Positions 30,632 to 32,000 of a DNA stretch of 32,000 nt are shown piece after piece. Both the position numbers and the translations under genes were made by a program. The notes under the pieces were generated by a model. It did no database searches, was not told the origin of the DNA, and saw nothing but the letters and a program-made list of their open reading frames with translations. Position 1 is the first letter of the stretch; the number at the start of each line of letters is the position of its first letter. This DNA comes from Moraxella nasovis (lineage in GTDB: Bacteria; Pseudomonadota; Gammaproteobacteria; Pseudomonadales; Moraxellaceae), in assembly GCF_022701215.1 (NCBI RefSeq), contig NZ_CP089976.1:1470001-1502000 (forward strand). The letters run 5' to 3'.

Positions 30632-32000
30632 TTAGTTGACCTGATTATGGTCTGATCTACTCATGGTTTGACTTAAATAGGCATTGTGAACCAAAGAGGT
30701 GAGTTCTTGTATCTCTGTTTCAATAAAGTCTAACAGACCATCAATATTTGGCAAGACAGAATGACAAGCTGTAATGCCAAAATCAATCCTATCTTGGAAG
30801 TTTGTAAACGTAATGTTTAGTGCTTGCCCATCAAATAACACAGAGGTAGGGTAGGCTTCTGTTAGCTTAGCCCCGTTTAGATATAGCGTTTCTTTAGGTC
30901 CTGGGACGTTTGAGATGATTAGGTTGAATGCCTGTTTTCTAGGGAAAAGCCCTGTGGCTAAGTTAATTCCTGCCCAGCCGTATGCCACCGCACTATAGTT
31001 GATGGTTTGGGCTTGACTCATGCGTGAAAAACGTGCTTTACCCAAGCCAATGCTGTCTTTGATGATTTGGAGTCTGTCTTTTGGGTTTGATTTGTGCGTG
31101 CCAAGGTTGGCTAATAAAAAAGAGATTTGATTGCCAACAGCACTATCGTCAGCACGCAAGCTTATCGGTACAAAGGCGATGAGTGGCTTTTTGGGTAAGG
31201 CGTTTTGGGATAATAAATACCGTCTTAATGCACCCGAACAGATTGCTAATATAATATCATTGGTTGTCACATCGCAGGCTTTGGCGATTTTGACGATACC
31301 ATCTTTTGCAAAAGAGCGAACAAACAACTTGCGAGAGCCGTCAATGCGTTGATTAAGCATGGATTTTGGTGCATCAAAGGTGCTGATAAAGTAGGGGTTT
31401 TTGCGGTTTTTGGTGTCTTCTATAAGCTGTCTACATACAGGGACAATTGTGCCAAATTGCTCTTTGACAATCTGTAAAGCTGGCTTATGGATAGGTAAGA
31501 TGGCATCAATTTGGTTGCGGTAGCGAGTGGATAGACACCAAAATGGTGTATCCGACACCTGCGTTGGCGAATTAGACAGCGACATGGTGAGTAGTCGCAT
31601 GGCGGCAATACCATCTGCTAAAGCGTGATGAATTTTGATATAAATGCCAAATCTAGCAGGTAGTCCTTCTGCTAAAGGTGCAAGACCTTCAATGAAATGC
31701 ATTTCCCACAGGGGCTTTGACTTATCTAGCTTGCGTTCATGTTCAGATGAGATGTAGTTCATCAGTTCAATTTCGCCACTTGGCTTAGGCAGGGCGACAT
31801 GATAAAAGTGATGATCTATATCAAATTGATCATCTGTTTTCCAAAAGGCTAAGTGGCTAAGAACTTGGTTGAATGGAAATTTTGGCTGGCCGTTGCTTGA
31901 TCGGATATGGTCAATGAGAGTGCTTATAAAATCATCACCTGCATTAGCTGGTAATTCAAAAATGCAAAGCCCTGCCACGTGCATAGGCTGTTTACGACTT
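30632..32000 (-). CDS. Wax ester synthase / acyl-CoA:diacylglycerol acyltransferase (WS/DGAT); N-terminus lies beyond the window edge
   Basis: It has the HHxxxDG active-site motif (KIHHALADGIAAMR) and NLIISNVPGP, and is colinear with Acinetobacter AtfA as I recall it. The frame stays open upstream of M 31984 (..SRKQP-MHVAGL, compare AtfA EKRQQPMHVGGL), so the true start is outside the window. Confidence 0.9.
   Translation of the reverse strand, partial: SRKQPMHVAGLCIFELPANAGDDFISTLIDHIRSSNGQPKFPFNQVLSHLAFWKTDDQFDIDHHFYHVALPKPSGEIELMNYISSEHERKLDKSKPLWEMHFIEGLAPLAEGLPARFGIYIKIHHALADGIAAMRLLTMSLSNSPTQVSDTPFWCLSTRYRNQIDAILPIHKPALQIVKEQFGTIVPVCRQLIEDTKNRKNPYFISTFDAPKSMLNQRIDGSRKLFVRSFAKDGIVKIAKACDVTTNDIILAICSGALRRYLLSQNALPKKPLIAFVPISLRADDSAVGNQISFLLANLGTHKSNPKDRLQIIKDSIGLGKARFSRMSQAQTINYSAVAYGWAGINLATGLFPRKQAFNLIISNVPGPKETLYLNGAKLTEAYPTSVLFDGQALNITFTNFQDRIDFGITACHSVLPNIDGLLDFIETEIQELTSLVHNAYLSQTMSRSDHNQVN

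Overview
This is a chromosomal, mostly housekeeping segment of a gamma-proteobacterium. The gene content (WS/DGAT wax-ester synthase, trpF/trpB/trpA next to accD-folC, a lipoprotein cytochrome c', moderate GC) suggests Moraxellaceae, but that is inference only. I can support 24 apparently intact protein genes. Two are cut by the window edges: an efflux adaptor at the left and WS/DGAT at the right. There is also one short candidate ORF missing from the supplied track, several rho-independent terminators and two sigma70-like promoters. I found no rRNA, tRNA, CRISPR array, transposase or integrase.

The one clearly accessory locus is a ~1.9 kb AT-rich cassette at 15654-17568, lying exactly between trpB and trpA. 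Hand counts give 17/60 and 18/60 G+C in two cassette lines, against 35/60 and 30/60 in flanking trpB and trpA lines. It encodes a beta-class N6-adenine DNA methyltransferase of the CcrM/M.HinfI type, followed by a putative cognate endonuclease. Both genes are broken by multiple single-base indels, all sited in or next to homopolymer runs. The cassette has no terminator of its own, and its last reading frame ends in an ATGA overlap with the trpA start codon.

I do not see a convincing new multi-gene system. The most interesting biology is this decayed restriction-modification cassette embedded in, and apparently co-transcribed with, the trp operon. Smaller oddities are a phased-hexamer operator-like site with a small ORF, an expanded DXS linker and an atypical GAPDH-family active-site neighbourhood. 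All family assignments come from motif recognition by eye; no database search was possible.
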